Of a stretch of DNA of 64,000 nt, positions 9,057 through 17,585 are shown in pieces. A program made the position numbers and the translations under genes. The DNA is from Myxococcota bacterium (GTDB taxonomy: Bacteria; Myxococcota_A; UBA796; GCA-2862545). The DNA lies in NCBI GenBank assembly GCA_039208735.1, contig JBCCQY010000022.1:1-64000 (forward strand), given 5' to 3'. The stretch's first letter is position 1; every line of letters begins with the position of its first letter. The notes beneath the pieces were generated by a model that saw only the letters and a list, made by a program, of their open reading frames with translations, did not search any database and was not told where the DNA came from.

Positions 9057-10802
9057 CTACGCAGAAGGCTGCTTGTCAGCGCCGGACGAGCCAGCGACGT
9101 GGGCGCCAGTGGCACGGGTGTCGGTGCCAAGATCTCCCCGCAGGTACATGTCGCGGGCCTTGCGGCGCTGGAGCTTACCTGAAGAGGTCTTCGGGAGGGT
9201 GCCCGGGGGCAGGCAGCGCACTTCGCTCACGCGCAGCGACAGTTCACGCTGCACAATGCTGCGGACCTGCGGGACGAGGGCCTGCGGATCGGCGGCCCGC
9301 GTTTCGAGCGTGACGATGAGTTCCTCGCCGGTGGTTCCGGGGACCGAAAACGCGATCACGTTGCCCTTGCGCACGCCTTCGATCTCAGCGACGGCCCACT
9401 CGACCGCCTGCGGATGCACGTTGCGCCCGTTGACGATGATGAGGTCCTTGATGCGCCCCGTCACGTACGTCTGGCCGTCCAGCATGAAGCCAAGGTCGCC
9501 CGTGCGAATCCAACCGTCGCGAAACGCCTTGGCCGTCGCCTCAGGGTTGCCGAAGTAGCCCTTCGTGACCGAAGGGCCGCGGAAGCACAGCTCACCTTCG
9601 GTGCCGTCGGGGAGGGGGCGCATGTCGTCGTCGAGCACGGCAATCTCATGCTCGGGGAAGGTGACGCCACAGGAGACGTGCTCCACCGCCTCACCCTCGG
9701 CCGCGGTGGCCCCATCGATCTGCTCGACCTCACCCGCCTCCGCGAGCTTGGACGCCGAGATGGTGAGGGTGCGTAGCGGCTCATCCACCGGCTTGAAGGT
9801 CATCGCCAATGTGGCTTCGGCCATGCCGTACGCGGGCAGGATCGCCGTGTTGGAGAGGCCCGCAGGCGCGAAGGTCTCGTGGAATTCGCGCATCGTCTTG
9901 GGCTGGATGGGCTCGGCACCGCACCCCAACACCTTCACCCGGGACAGGTCCCACCGTGCGATGTCGGAGGCCTTGGCGCGACGCGCCGCGAGGGCGTAGG
10001 CGAAGTTCGGCGCGAACGAGACCGTCGCCTGATGACGGTGCATGGTCTCCAGCCAGACGTTCGGCTGCTTGATGAAGCGCATGGTCGGAATGAAGACGAC
10101 CGGAATGCCATGGTAGACCGGCGAAATCACGAAGCCGATGAGGCCCATGTCGTGGTAGAGCGGCAACCAAGACACGCCCTTGTCGCCAGCTTCGGGCGCA
10201 ATCTTCGCGCCGTGCACCATGATGGCATGGGCGTTCGCAATCAACGACCCGTGGGTGACCATCACGCCCTTCGGATCCGACGTCGAACCCGAGGTGTACT
10301 GGAGGAAGGCCAAGTCATCGGGGGTGATCGTGGGGTAGTCCGGAGCGTCGCCTGGCTCGGAGAGTTCGGCCGCGTTGATGACGTGCTCAAGCGGCTCCAC
10401 AAACGCCTTCAAGCCCTGCAGAAGGTCGAAGAGCAGCGGCGACGTGACCAGCACGTGGGCCCCCGCATTCGTGAGGATGCGCGCCGTCCGCTCGACGTAG
10501 GCCTTGAGGTTGCCGAACGACATCGGCGGGTAGAGCGGAACCGGGACGACGCCCACGCGGAGTGCGGCGAGGAAGGACAGGACGAAATCCTCGGGTTCGA
10601 TCACGATGAGACCGACGCGATCGCCCTTCTTCAGACCAAGACGTTGCAAGGCGGCCGCACGCTTTGCGGTCTCGCCCTCCATTTGCGGGAACGTGTACGC
10701 CGTTTCGGCTCCCTTGGCGTCCTGGAACGTGAAGCCGAGATCCGGGTAGAGGTTTCCGACTTCCGCCACGGCCTGGGCGATCGTCTCGAAGCGTGGGGAC
10801 AT
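9057..10802 (-). CDS. Fatty acyl-AMP ligase (FAAL)
   Basis: LQYTSGSTSDPKG, SWLPLYHDMGLIG, YGMAEATL, RTGDLG, LPKTSSGKLQR; insertion after the YG-AE motif; adjacent ACP. Confidence 0.9.
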   Translation of the reverse strand: MSPRFETIAQAVAEVGNLYPDLGFTFQDAKGAETAYTFPQMEGETAKRAAALQRLGLKKGDRVGLIVIEPEDFVLSFLAALRVGVVPVPLYPPMSFGNLKAYVERTARILTNAGAHVLVTSPLLFDLLQGLKAFVEPLEHVINAAELSEPGDAPDYPTITPDDLAFLQYTSGSTSDPKGVMVTHGSLIANAHAIMVHGAKIAPEAGDKGVSWLPLYHDMGLIGFVISPVYHGIPVVFIPTMRFIKQPNVWLETMHRHQATVSFAPNFAYALAARRAKASDIARWDLSRVKVLGCGAEPIQPKTMREFHETFAPAGLSNTAILPAYGMAEATLAMTFKPVDEPLRTLTISASKLAEAGEVEQIDGATAAEGEAVEHVSCGVTFPEHEIAVLDDDMRPLPDGTEGELCFRGPSVTKGYFGNPEATAKAFRDGWIRTGDLGFMLDGQTYVTGRIKDLIIVNGRNVHPQAVEWAVAEIEGVRKGNVIAFSVPGTTGEELIVTLETRAADPQALVPQVRSIVQRELSLRVSEVRCLPPGTLPKTSSGKLQRRKARDMYLRGDLGTDTRATGAHVAGSSGADKQPSA

Positions 10803-10939
10803 GGTTGGACTCCTTCGCAGGCGGCCTGGACCACCGGGACATGACGCTTACGGTCCCGTGCAACGCTCTGCAAACAATTGGCTTCTCCGAGGGGTCGTAT
10901 CCGGACAATGACGGACGCCAGACGCCGATAATCAACCGT

Positions 10940-10995
10940 AAACCGACGAGTCAGTCAAAACGACTCTCGGCCTTCAACCGACCGAGCGGTCGGAA
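10940..10995. promoter_or_regulatory. Two tandem candidate operator sites upstream of the FAAL-ACP-PKS-MT unit
   Basis: AAACCGACGAGTCAGTCAAAA (10940-10960) and CAACCGACCGAGCGGTCGGAA (10975-10995, containing the perfect inverted repeat CCGACCG-AG-CGGTCGG). The first overlaps a minus-strand TTGACT. Confidence 0.5.
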
Positions 10996-11124
10996 CTGTA
11001 GGGAATTGAGGAAAACCACAGAAAAAGCATTCCCATTCGAGAGCCGAAGCTCACGATGAGGTAGCGCATTCATTACGAACCCGACGGAAATGTGCCAGAC
11101 CGGCCACACACCGGTGACGAAGGG

Positions 11125-11979
11125 TCAGCTCGCCTCGTCCGCCGCGACCTTCTTGAGGGCGGTCCGCCACTCCTGATCGGCGAGGTACCGAGAAAGACCA
11201 GGGAAGTGCTTGTACATGAACCAAATGAACCAAACGTCGGAACCCGGGAAGTTCTCGAACCGGCCTCGCTCGATCGCGCGAAGCATGGACTTGGCGACAT
11301 CGTCGGGCGCATGGGTCTTGCTGAAGGCCGAGTCGGCCTCCATTTTCCAAACCGCCTTAGGCTTGGTCTCGTTTTCGTTCTGCAGCCCTGGAGTATCGGT
11401 GGTGCCCGGGTAGAACAGCGTCACCTTGATACCCTGGGTCCCCACCTCCATGCGGAGGCTTTCGGCAAAACCAGCGATCGCAAATTTGGATGCCGAGTAT
11501 GCGCTGTAGCCAGGCATCGACATGAAGCCGAGAGCCGAACTGACCAAGCAAATGTCCGCCCGTCCACCGTCTTCGCGACGCAGTTCTGGCACAAATGCAC
11601 GCACGACGTTGACGTGGCCAGTGTAGTTCACGGCCATCATCGCATCGAAATCGTCGTCGGAAAGGTCGGTGAGGTAGCCCGGGCGCGCCGATCCGACGTT
11701 CGTGATGAGCACGTCAACCCCACCCCCGAGCTGCTGTTTCACGGGCTCGACCGCATCTCGAACCGCGGCGCGATCCGTGACATCGAGCGAGCAAAACCCT
11801 AGTGCCTGGCCATCCTTGGCCACGGCACGCATCGCGGCGACCGTCTCCTCGAGCGGAGGCACCCGACGCGCCGCGACGACCACATGGGCCCCCTGTCGGG
11901 CCAACGCCACCGCCGCGGAGCGACCGATCCCTTCGCTTCCGCCGACCAAGAAGACACGTTTGCCCGAAAAGTAGCTCAT
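11125..11979 (-). CDS. SDR oxidoreductase, 3-ketodihydrosphingosine reductase (KDSR/Tsc10)-like
   Basis: GGSEGIG, YSASK, and the segment YPGTTDTPGLQNENETKP resembling the KDSR signature. Confidence 0.85.
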   Translation of the reverse strand: MSYFSGKRVFLVGGSEGIGRSAAVALARQGAHVVVAARRVPPLEETVAAMRAVAKDGQALGFCSLDVTDRAAVRDAVEPVKQQLGGGVDVLITNVGSARPGYLTDLSDDDFDAMMAVNYTGHVNVVRAFVPELRREDGGRADICLVSSALGFMSMPGYSAYSASKFAIAGFAESLRMEVGTQGIKVTLFYPGTTDTPGLQNENETKPKAVWKMEADSAFSKTHAPDDVAKSMLRAIERGRFENFPGSDVWFIWFMYKHFPGLSRYLADQEWRTALKKVAADEAS

Positions 11980-12623
11980 TTGGCGTCGACCTCTTCCCGC
12001 ACCTCATAGGTGCCGAAGACATGGTCCCAAATGGTGGTGGAGACCCCGAATTTGAGGTCTTTGTACTTGGGATTGTGGTGGTGCTTGTTGTGATGGGCCC
12101 GCAACGCACGACCAATCCAGGTGAGCGGCTTGTGATGGTGGATGTAGTAGTGCGTGAGGTCGTACACCATGTAGCCAAAGGCGATGCCCGCAAACACGCC
12201 CATGGGCCAGGTCGGCGCCACCATAGGCTCCAAGGCGTAGGCCACGCCAAAGAGAATGATATTGACGACCAGCGCCACGGCCAAGCTCGCGGCAGGCGGC
12301 ATCACGAGGCGCAGCTTGTCTTTGAACCACTTGTGATGGACGCCGTGCAGGTAGAAGTGAAAATCTTCGCCCCATGACGTGTTCGGCTTCCAGTGGAACA
12401 ATGTACGGTGGAGCCAGTACTCGAGGAGCGTCCAGATCACGTACCCGAGCACAAACTGTCCGAAGAGTACGCCGGCCGACACCCCCACCTGAGTACCCCA
12501 GGTAAGGTAGGCGAGGACCATCGGAACGTAGATCAGCGGCACCACCCAGAACGGGATGCGCGAGAAGAAGTCTAGGACGTCGTTTTCGAACATCCGCGGG
12601 GATTCGGGCGTCGCTCGAAACAC
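11976..12623 (-). CDS. Fatty acid/sphingolipid 2-hydroxylase (FA2H/Scs7-like, no cytochrome b5 domain)
   Basis: EYWLHRTLFH, HGVHH, DKLRLVMPP, YDLTHYYIHH, HNKHHH, FGVSTTIWD. GTG 12623 with RBS GGAGGG; 4-nt overlap with the SDR. Confidence 0.87.
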   Translation of the reverse strand: MFRATPESPRMFENDVLDFFSRIPFWVVPLIYVPMVLAYLTWGTQVGVSAGVLFGQFVLGYVIWTLLEYWLHRTLFHWKPNTSWGEDFHFYLHGVHHKWFKDKLRLVMPPAASLAVALVVNIILFGVAYALEPMVAPTWPMGVFAGIAFGYMVYDLTHYYIHHHKPLTWIGRALRAHHNKHHHNPKYKDLKFGVSTTIWDHVFGTYEVREEVDAK

Positions 12624-12678
12624 GGAAACCCTCCTGCGGCGGCACGAGCCAGTCCGCCATTCGGAGCCTGGCGTACCA

Positions 12679-12729
12679 TGACAAAAGCCTGTTGTCAGGC
12701 GGCTCGTATTTCGACCGGACCGTCGGTTT
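12679..12729. promoter_or_regulatory. Candidate operator sites upstream of the hydroxylase-SDR unit
   Basis: TGACAA-N7-TTGTCA palindrome (12679-12697). Minus-strand AAACCGACGGTCCGGTCGAAA (12709-12729) is 16/21 identical to the 10940 site. Confidence 0.45.
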
Positions 12730-12810
12730 AACCGAAACCCTCCCAATGCGGTCTCGGTAGGACCGTCGCGGTTCGTTGCAGGATCCTGTTCGTTCGAGGC
12801 GGCCCGGTTT

Positions 12811-13602
12811 TCAGGTGGCGCGCGGCGTCAGCACGGCTCGGGCCATCACCGCATTGGGGTCCGCGCTGCGCGCCAGGACGAATGCCACACAGTCGTTGCT
12901 CACCGGCCACTGCCACATCGTGAGTTCGTCGTGGGCTACCGCCTGCCCGCGGTAGTCAATGGTCGCCTCTCGGGCGGGCGCGCCAAGCGCATCCTCAAAC
13001 AACCGCAGGTAGTTCGCGTTGTTCACGTGGTCGTGCACATCGCAGTCGCTGGGTCGCACCCGAACGAGCGAGGTGACGGCATCGCCCGGAACATCTCGAA
13101 ACACGGTGTCGTCAAGCGTAGGTTCGAAACGCTGTTCGGGAGGTGAGAGGAACGATCCCGGCCGCCCGGCGTCGGCCGGAACGTCGGTGCGCGAAGGCAA
13201 CGGCGCGTCGGTCGTGGCCTCACGAACGTGGTTGGGGACCCGCGCCATGCGGCCCGACGGAGCGATCCAAATCGCATTGATGAACGCTCGGGCGAGGAGA
13301 ACTCCGTCTTCGCGAAGGAGATCCTGCTCGACGATGCAATTCACCCGGCCCACCTCGCGCAGGATGGCGCGGACGACAAGCTTGGTTCCGATGCCAAACG
13401 TCCGCACCACCCCCAGCGTGGCTCGGTGGACGACGAAGAAGTGCCCTTCGTGCAAGGGTTCCACGAGTCCAAAGCGTGGCTCGAGGATCCATTCCCATCG
13501 ACAATGCTCACACAGGGAGAGGATCTGCGGCAGGCCGACAACCGCACCCTGGGTGCACTCGTAGCCGCGAATGGTCACGGGGACCGAGAATACATCGTCC
13601 AT
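12811..13602 (-). CDS. Double hot-dog acyl-ACP/acyl-CoA thioesterase
   Basis: C-terminal domain VRPSDCDVHDHVNNANY (acyl-ACP thioesterase catalytic-type motif); N-terminal hot-dog-like domain (IRGYEC...EHCRWEW). Confidence 0.72.
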   Translation of the reverse strand: MDDVFSVPVTIRGYECTQGAVVGLPQILSLCEHCRWEWILEPRFGLVEPLHEGHFFVVHRATLGVVRTFGIGTKLVVRAILREVGRVNCIVEQDLLREDGVLLARAFINAIWIAPSGRMARVPNHVREATTDAPLPSRTDVPADAGRPGSFLSPPEQRFEPTLDDTVFRDVPGDAVTSLVRVRPSDCDVHDHVNNANYLRLFEDALGAPAREATIDYRGQAVAHDELTMWQWPVSNDCVAFVLARSADPNAVMARAVLTPRAT

Positions 13603-13630
13603 GAGCGCCACCTTAGCGCGGAGGTCGCCT

Positions 13631-15031
13631 TTGACGCCCGAGCACCACGTCACCGCCTTGCTTCCCGAGCCTGGGGAGCCCCCAGAGACCGTCTCCACCT
13701 TGCTGGCCGCCATTCGTAAGGCGGGCCGCACCCGCGACCAGGCGGTGTACGAGGCCGCCTACTACGAGGTGTTCGAACCCCTCGACGTCCTTGATGGTCG
13801 GCTGGGGGAAGCTCGCTACCTCGGGGGCACTGCGCCTTCGGCGGAAGACTGGTGGGCGTTCGCCGTACTGATTCGCTTTGACCTCGCTTATTACAACTTC
13901 TACAAGCTCAATCGCCAGCGCCTCGAAGACTTCGACAACCTCGGACCCTGGCTTCGCGACCTCTACCAACGAGACGGCATTGCCGAGACGGTGGACCTGC
14001 GAGCCATCCGAGAACACTACGCGGCGGAGGACGAAGGCACGAACCCCAAGGGACTCACTCCCGTGGGCCTCGGCCCAGACTTGCGCACCCCCCATGATCG
14101 CTTCCGCTTTGATGCGGCGGTCGACACCGAGCGTGGTGTGCAAGAAGACCCCTCCCGACCTCGGCGTCCGGGGGAGTGGGTCCGACCGGCAAGTGGCCAT
14201 CGCGACTTCATCAGCGTGGAAGGCTCCACCGGGTTCCCTGCCGAGGCCGGCCGATACCACCTCTACATCGCGAACAACTGCCCCTGGTCACACCGGACGG
14301 CCTTGGCCCGGTCGATCCTGGGACTCACCGACGTCATCACCATGGACGTGCTCTACTGGCGTCGAGATCCCGAGCACGGCTGGCAGTTTCGACCCGAGGC
14401 GCCCGATTGCACGCCAGACACGTTGTTTGGGTCGCACTACCTGCGCGAGATCTACCGCCGGGTGGGGTCGGACGAAAAATCGGTACCCGTGCTGTTCGAC
14501 CGCGTGACGAACACCATCGTCAACAACGAATCCGCCGAAATCGTTCGCATGCTCAACGGCGCCTTCGCCACCCTTGGGAACGGGCACCACGACCTCTACC
14601 CGCAAGCGCATCGCGCCGAGATTGACCACCTCAATGGCTATGTCTACCAGTACGTCAACAACGGAGCCTACAAGGCAGGGTTTACCTCCTCGCAAGCGGT
14701 GCATGACACCTGGTCTCGCTACGTCTTTCGGGCCCTCGATTGGCTGGACCGTCGGCTTGCGGACCGTCAGTGGCTCGTAGGCGATGCCCTAACCGAGGCC
14801 GACCTGCGGTTGTTCCCCACCATTTACCGCTTCGATCCCGTGTATGTGATCCGGTTCCGTCTCGACCAGCGGCGCATCGCGACCTACCCAAACCTCACGC
14901 GGTGGCTCTCGCAGATGTTGGACGTCCCCGGCGTGCGTGAGGCGTCGAACCTGCAGCACTGCAAGAACGGATACTTCGGGCGAACGGGCAACGAACTTGT
15001 GCCCGTGGGCCCTGCCGATCCGCTCGCGTAA
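13631..15031 (+). CDS. Glutathionyl-hydroquinone reductase (YqjG/Xi-class GST) with an extra N-terminal GST C-domain copy
   Basis: GRYHLY..NNCPWSHRT, SVPVLFD, IVNNESAEI, NNGAYKAGF, RFDPVY. TTG 13631 follows GGAGG; ATG 13601 is an alternative start. Confidence 0.85.
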   Translation: MTPEHHVTALLPEPGEPPETVSTLLAAIRKAGRTRDQAVYEAAYYEVFEPLDVLDGRLGEARYLGGTAPSAEDWWAFAVLIRFDLAYYNFYKLNRQRLEDFDNLGPWLRDLYQRDGIAETVDLRAIREHYAAEDEGTNPKGLTPVGLGPDLRTPHDRFRFDAAVDTERGVQEDPSRPRRPGEWVRPASGHRDFISVEGSTGFPAEAGRYHLYIANNCPWSHRTALARSILGLTDVITMDVLYWRRDPEHGWQFRPEAPDCTPDTLFGSHYLREIYRRVGSDEKSVPVLFDRVTNTIVNNESAEIVRMLNGAFATLGNGHHDLYPQAHRAEIDHLNGYVYQYVNNGAYKAGFTSSQAVHDTWSRYVFRALDWLDRRLADRQWLVGDALTEADLRLFPTIYRFDPVYVIRFRLDQRRIATYPNLTRWLSQMLDVPGVREASNLQHCKNGYFGRTGNELVPVGPADPLA

Positions 15032-15183
15032 CGTCCCGCTCTCCCCGCGCTCGAATCCTTGGAGGTTCGAATGACCCGCGATGCTTTGGTCACGTGCCCG
15101 TTTTGCGCTGCACCTCAGCCGACCACGACCGGTGGCTTCCCGAATCGCGCGACATCGTTCGTTACCTTCGGGAACGCTTCGGC

Positions 15184-16557
15184 TCACGCTGAGCGCGAAA
15201 GCTTGGTTGGCGCCAACGTATCGAGAATGAACGGCATGAGTTCGCCAATCGTGGGATGGATGAACATCGCCGTGCGGTACTCCTTGCATGGACGACCCGC
15301 GACCATGAACGCCGTGAACATGTTGACGATTTCGTCTGCGCCGGCGCCTAAAATCGCCGCCCCCAGAATCCGATCGGTGTCGTCGTCAACGATCAGCTTC
15401 ACGAACCCGTCGGTTTCGCTCATCTCGCGGGCTCGGTTGATCGTGGCCATCTCTCGAGTGGCCACCGTGACGTGGTAGCCGGCGTCCACCGCTTCTTGCT
15501 CGGTGAGGCCCACCCGTCCAAGCGCGGGGTCGACAAATAGCGCGTAGGTGGGAATGCGCTCCGAGAGGGTACGGTGGGCGCCCCCTCGCATGGTGTCGAG
15601 CACGATCTCGGCGTCGTTGACGGCAGTGTGGGTAAACGCCCCCTTCCGGTTCACATCGCCGACCGCGAATACGTGCGGCACCGTGGTTTGGCAATGGTCG
15701 TCCACGACGATGTAGCCGCGATCGTCGGTCTGAATTCCCGTGTGCTCGAGGCCCAAGTCTTCGGTGTTCGGCAATCGGCCAATGCCCACCAACAGGTGTG
15801 ACCCTTCCACGACCTGATCGCCAAGGTGAACGGCCACGCCCTGGGGGGTCTTGGCGACCCGATCCGGACGCGCACCTGTCACAAACCGAATGCTCTCTTT
15901 TTCGAGGATCGACCTCACCCCTTGGGAGAATTCCACGTCCTCTCGATGCAAGATGCGGTCGCCCGCTTCGAGGACGGTCACGTCCGACCCAAAGCGACGG
16001 AAGATCTGGCCGAACTCGAGCCCCACGTAGCTGCCACCAAGCACGACGAGATGCGTCGGCACCTCGGTAAGTTCGAGAATCCGAATGTGATTGAGCCAGG
16101 GAACCTCATCCAGGCCATCCAACTTCGGAATGCGGCTTCGGGTGCCCACATTGATGTAGATGTGCTTGGCCTCAATGCGCTCGCCATTCACCTCGACGAC
16201 ATGGTCGGACACAAACCGCCCCTGACCGCGAAACAAGGTCACGTGCGACAGGCTCTCGATCCATTCCGTGAACGAATCCCGATTGCCCGTGCGCAGATCG
16301 TTCATTCGCTTCATGGCGACCGGAAAGTTGATGCCCACCGGCCCTGTGGTGACACCGTACTCCGCCGCGCGGCGGCACAGGTGGGCTACCCGGGCTGACG
16401 CGACGAGCGTCTTGGTGGGGGTGCAGCCGGTATTTACGCAGGTTCCGCCTACGTCACCGCGCTCGATGACCGCCACCGTCTCGGTGAAGGGAAGGTTGCC
16501 AAGCAACGTTCCCGTGGCCTGGCCAGTGCCCAAGATCAGGTGGTCGACGGACTTCAT
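15184..16557 (-). CDS. Class I pyridine nucleotide-disulfide oxidoreductase (MerA/RclA/Lpd-like)
   Basis: GTGQA FAD loop, GGTCVNTGCTP redox disulfide, GGSYVGLE, HPTIGE; no MerA C-terminal Cys pair. Confidence 0.88.
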   Translation of the reverse strand: MKSVDHLILGTGQATGTLLGNLPFTETVAVIERGDVGGTCVNTGCTPTKTLVASARVAHLCRRAAEYGVTTGPVGINFPVAMKRMNDLRTGNRDSFTEWIESLSHVTLFRGQGRFVSDHVVEVNGERIEAKHIYINVGTRSRIPKLDGLDEVPWLNHIRILELTEVPTHLVVLGGSYVGLEFGQIFRRFGSDVTVLEAGDRILHREDVEFSQGVRSILEKESIRFVTGARPDRVAKTPQGVAVHLGDQVVEGSHLLVGIGRLPNTEDLGLEHTGIQTDDRGYIVVDDHCQTTVPHVFAVGDVNRKGAFTHTAVNDAEIVLDTMRGGAHRTLSERIPTYALFVDPALGRVGLTEQEAVDAGYHVTVATREMATINRAREMSETDGFVKLIVDDDTDRILGAAILGAGADEIVNMFTAFMVAGRPCKEYRTAMFIHPTIGELMPFILDTLAPTKLSRSA

Positions 16558-16573
16558 GCGATCTCCATGGCGT

Positions 16574-17413
16574 TTAGCGCTGGATCGACGGCACCCAGGC
16601 GGTGGTTCGGCCACCGATCTCAACGAACGCAATGGGCTCGCCATCGACCGTGGTGGCTTCTGGATTCTTGCCCCACCGCCGATGGAAGAGCCAGCCCTTC
16701 GGAAACGCCTCCTTCCGTGCGTCCGCCTTCACCGCGGTGAGCACGACATGGCGGATCTTCTTGCGCAATTGCTCCACCTCGGCTGCGGTGAGCGTACCCG
16801 CACGCCGCCGGGGATCGATCTGAGCCTGGTACAGCACCTCATCAGCAATCCAGTTGCCCACCCCCGCCGAAAAGCCCTGGTCGAGGAGCAGGGCTTTGAG
16901 GACGGCCCGGGAACGACGTGCGATGCGGGTGGCGAACGCCTTGGGACCTGGCATGTCGGTCAGTGGATCGAACCCCAACTTCGCCATCGGTGGATCGCGA
17001 GGCGGGTCCGCCCGAAAGAAGATTCGACCTAAACGTCGAGCGTTCGTGTAGGCAATTTCGTTGCCGTCCGACAGCTCGAGCCGAAGCTTGGTGAAGCGAG
17101 GCGGCCAGCTGCGATCCACCTGCTTCGGACTGGATTTCAGCTGCAAGGGCTCGTCGTCCTTGGTGCGCACGGTTCCCGTCATGCCCAAATGGATCACGGG
17201 ATGCGGTGGCTCCGACAGCTCGAGCCAAAGGTACTTGCCGCGACGATGGGCCGCCGCGACCTCTCGACCGATCAGCCACTCCTCCGCTTGGGCGACGGGC
17301 ACCTTGTCGAAAACAATAGGATCGTCCGCTACATCAGCGTGGATGATGCGACGGCCGACCATGGTTCGGTTCAAAATTCCACGGGTGTGTTCCGCTTCAG
17401 GCAACTCGGGCAC
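16574..17413 (-). CDS. mutM: Fpg/Nei family DNA glycosylase, zincless type
   Basis: N-terminal PELPE (GTG 17413, GGAG RBS), RRGKY, HLGMTG, H2TH GVGNWIADE; no Cys zinc finger, ends GGRTTAWVPSIQR. Confidence 0.88.
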   Translation of the reverse strand: MPELPEAEHTRGILNRTMVGRRIIHADVADDPIVFDKVPVAQAEEWLIGREVAAAHRRGKYLWLELSEPPHPVIHLGMTGTVRTKDDEPLQLKSSPKQVDRSWPPRFTKLRLELSDGNEIAYTNARRLGRIFFRADPPRDPPMAKLGFDPLTDMPGPKAFATRIARRSRAVLKALLLDQGFSAGVGNWIADEVLYQAQIDPRRRAGTLTAAEVEQLRKKIRHVVLTAVKADARKEAFPKGWLFHRRWGKNPEATTVDGEPIAFVEIGGRTTAWVPSIQR

Positions 17414-17585
17414 AGCACTCTCCAAGCCTTGAGCCGTATCGCAAACCTCGCCCCGTTTCGCAGCTGGGCGATCCCCGGGCCGTGGCTTGGGCATCGTGAC
17501 CTGCCGACCCCGGGCATGCCGAGCGGACCCCCTAGGCGCCGATTGCCCAGGTGGCATCCTGATGGGACAACCCAGGAGTCGACCC

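Noticed and set aside
15184..16557. Mercuric reductase (merA) call
   Set aside because: No C-terminal Cys-Cys, no NmerA domain and no mer operon.
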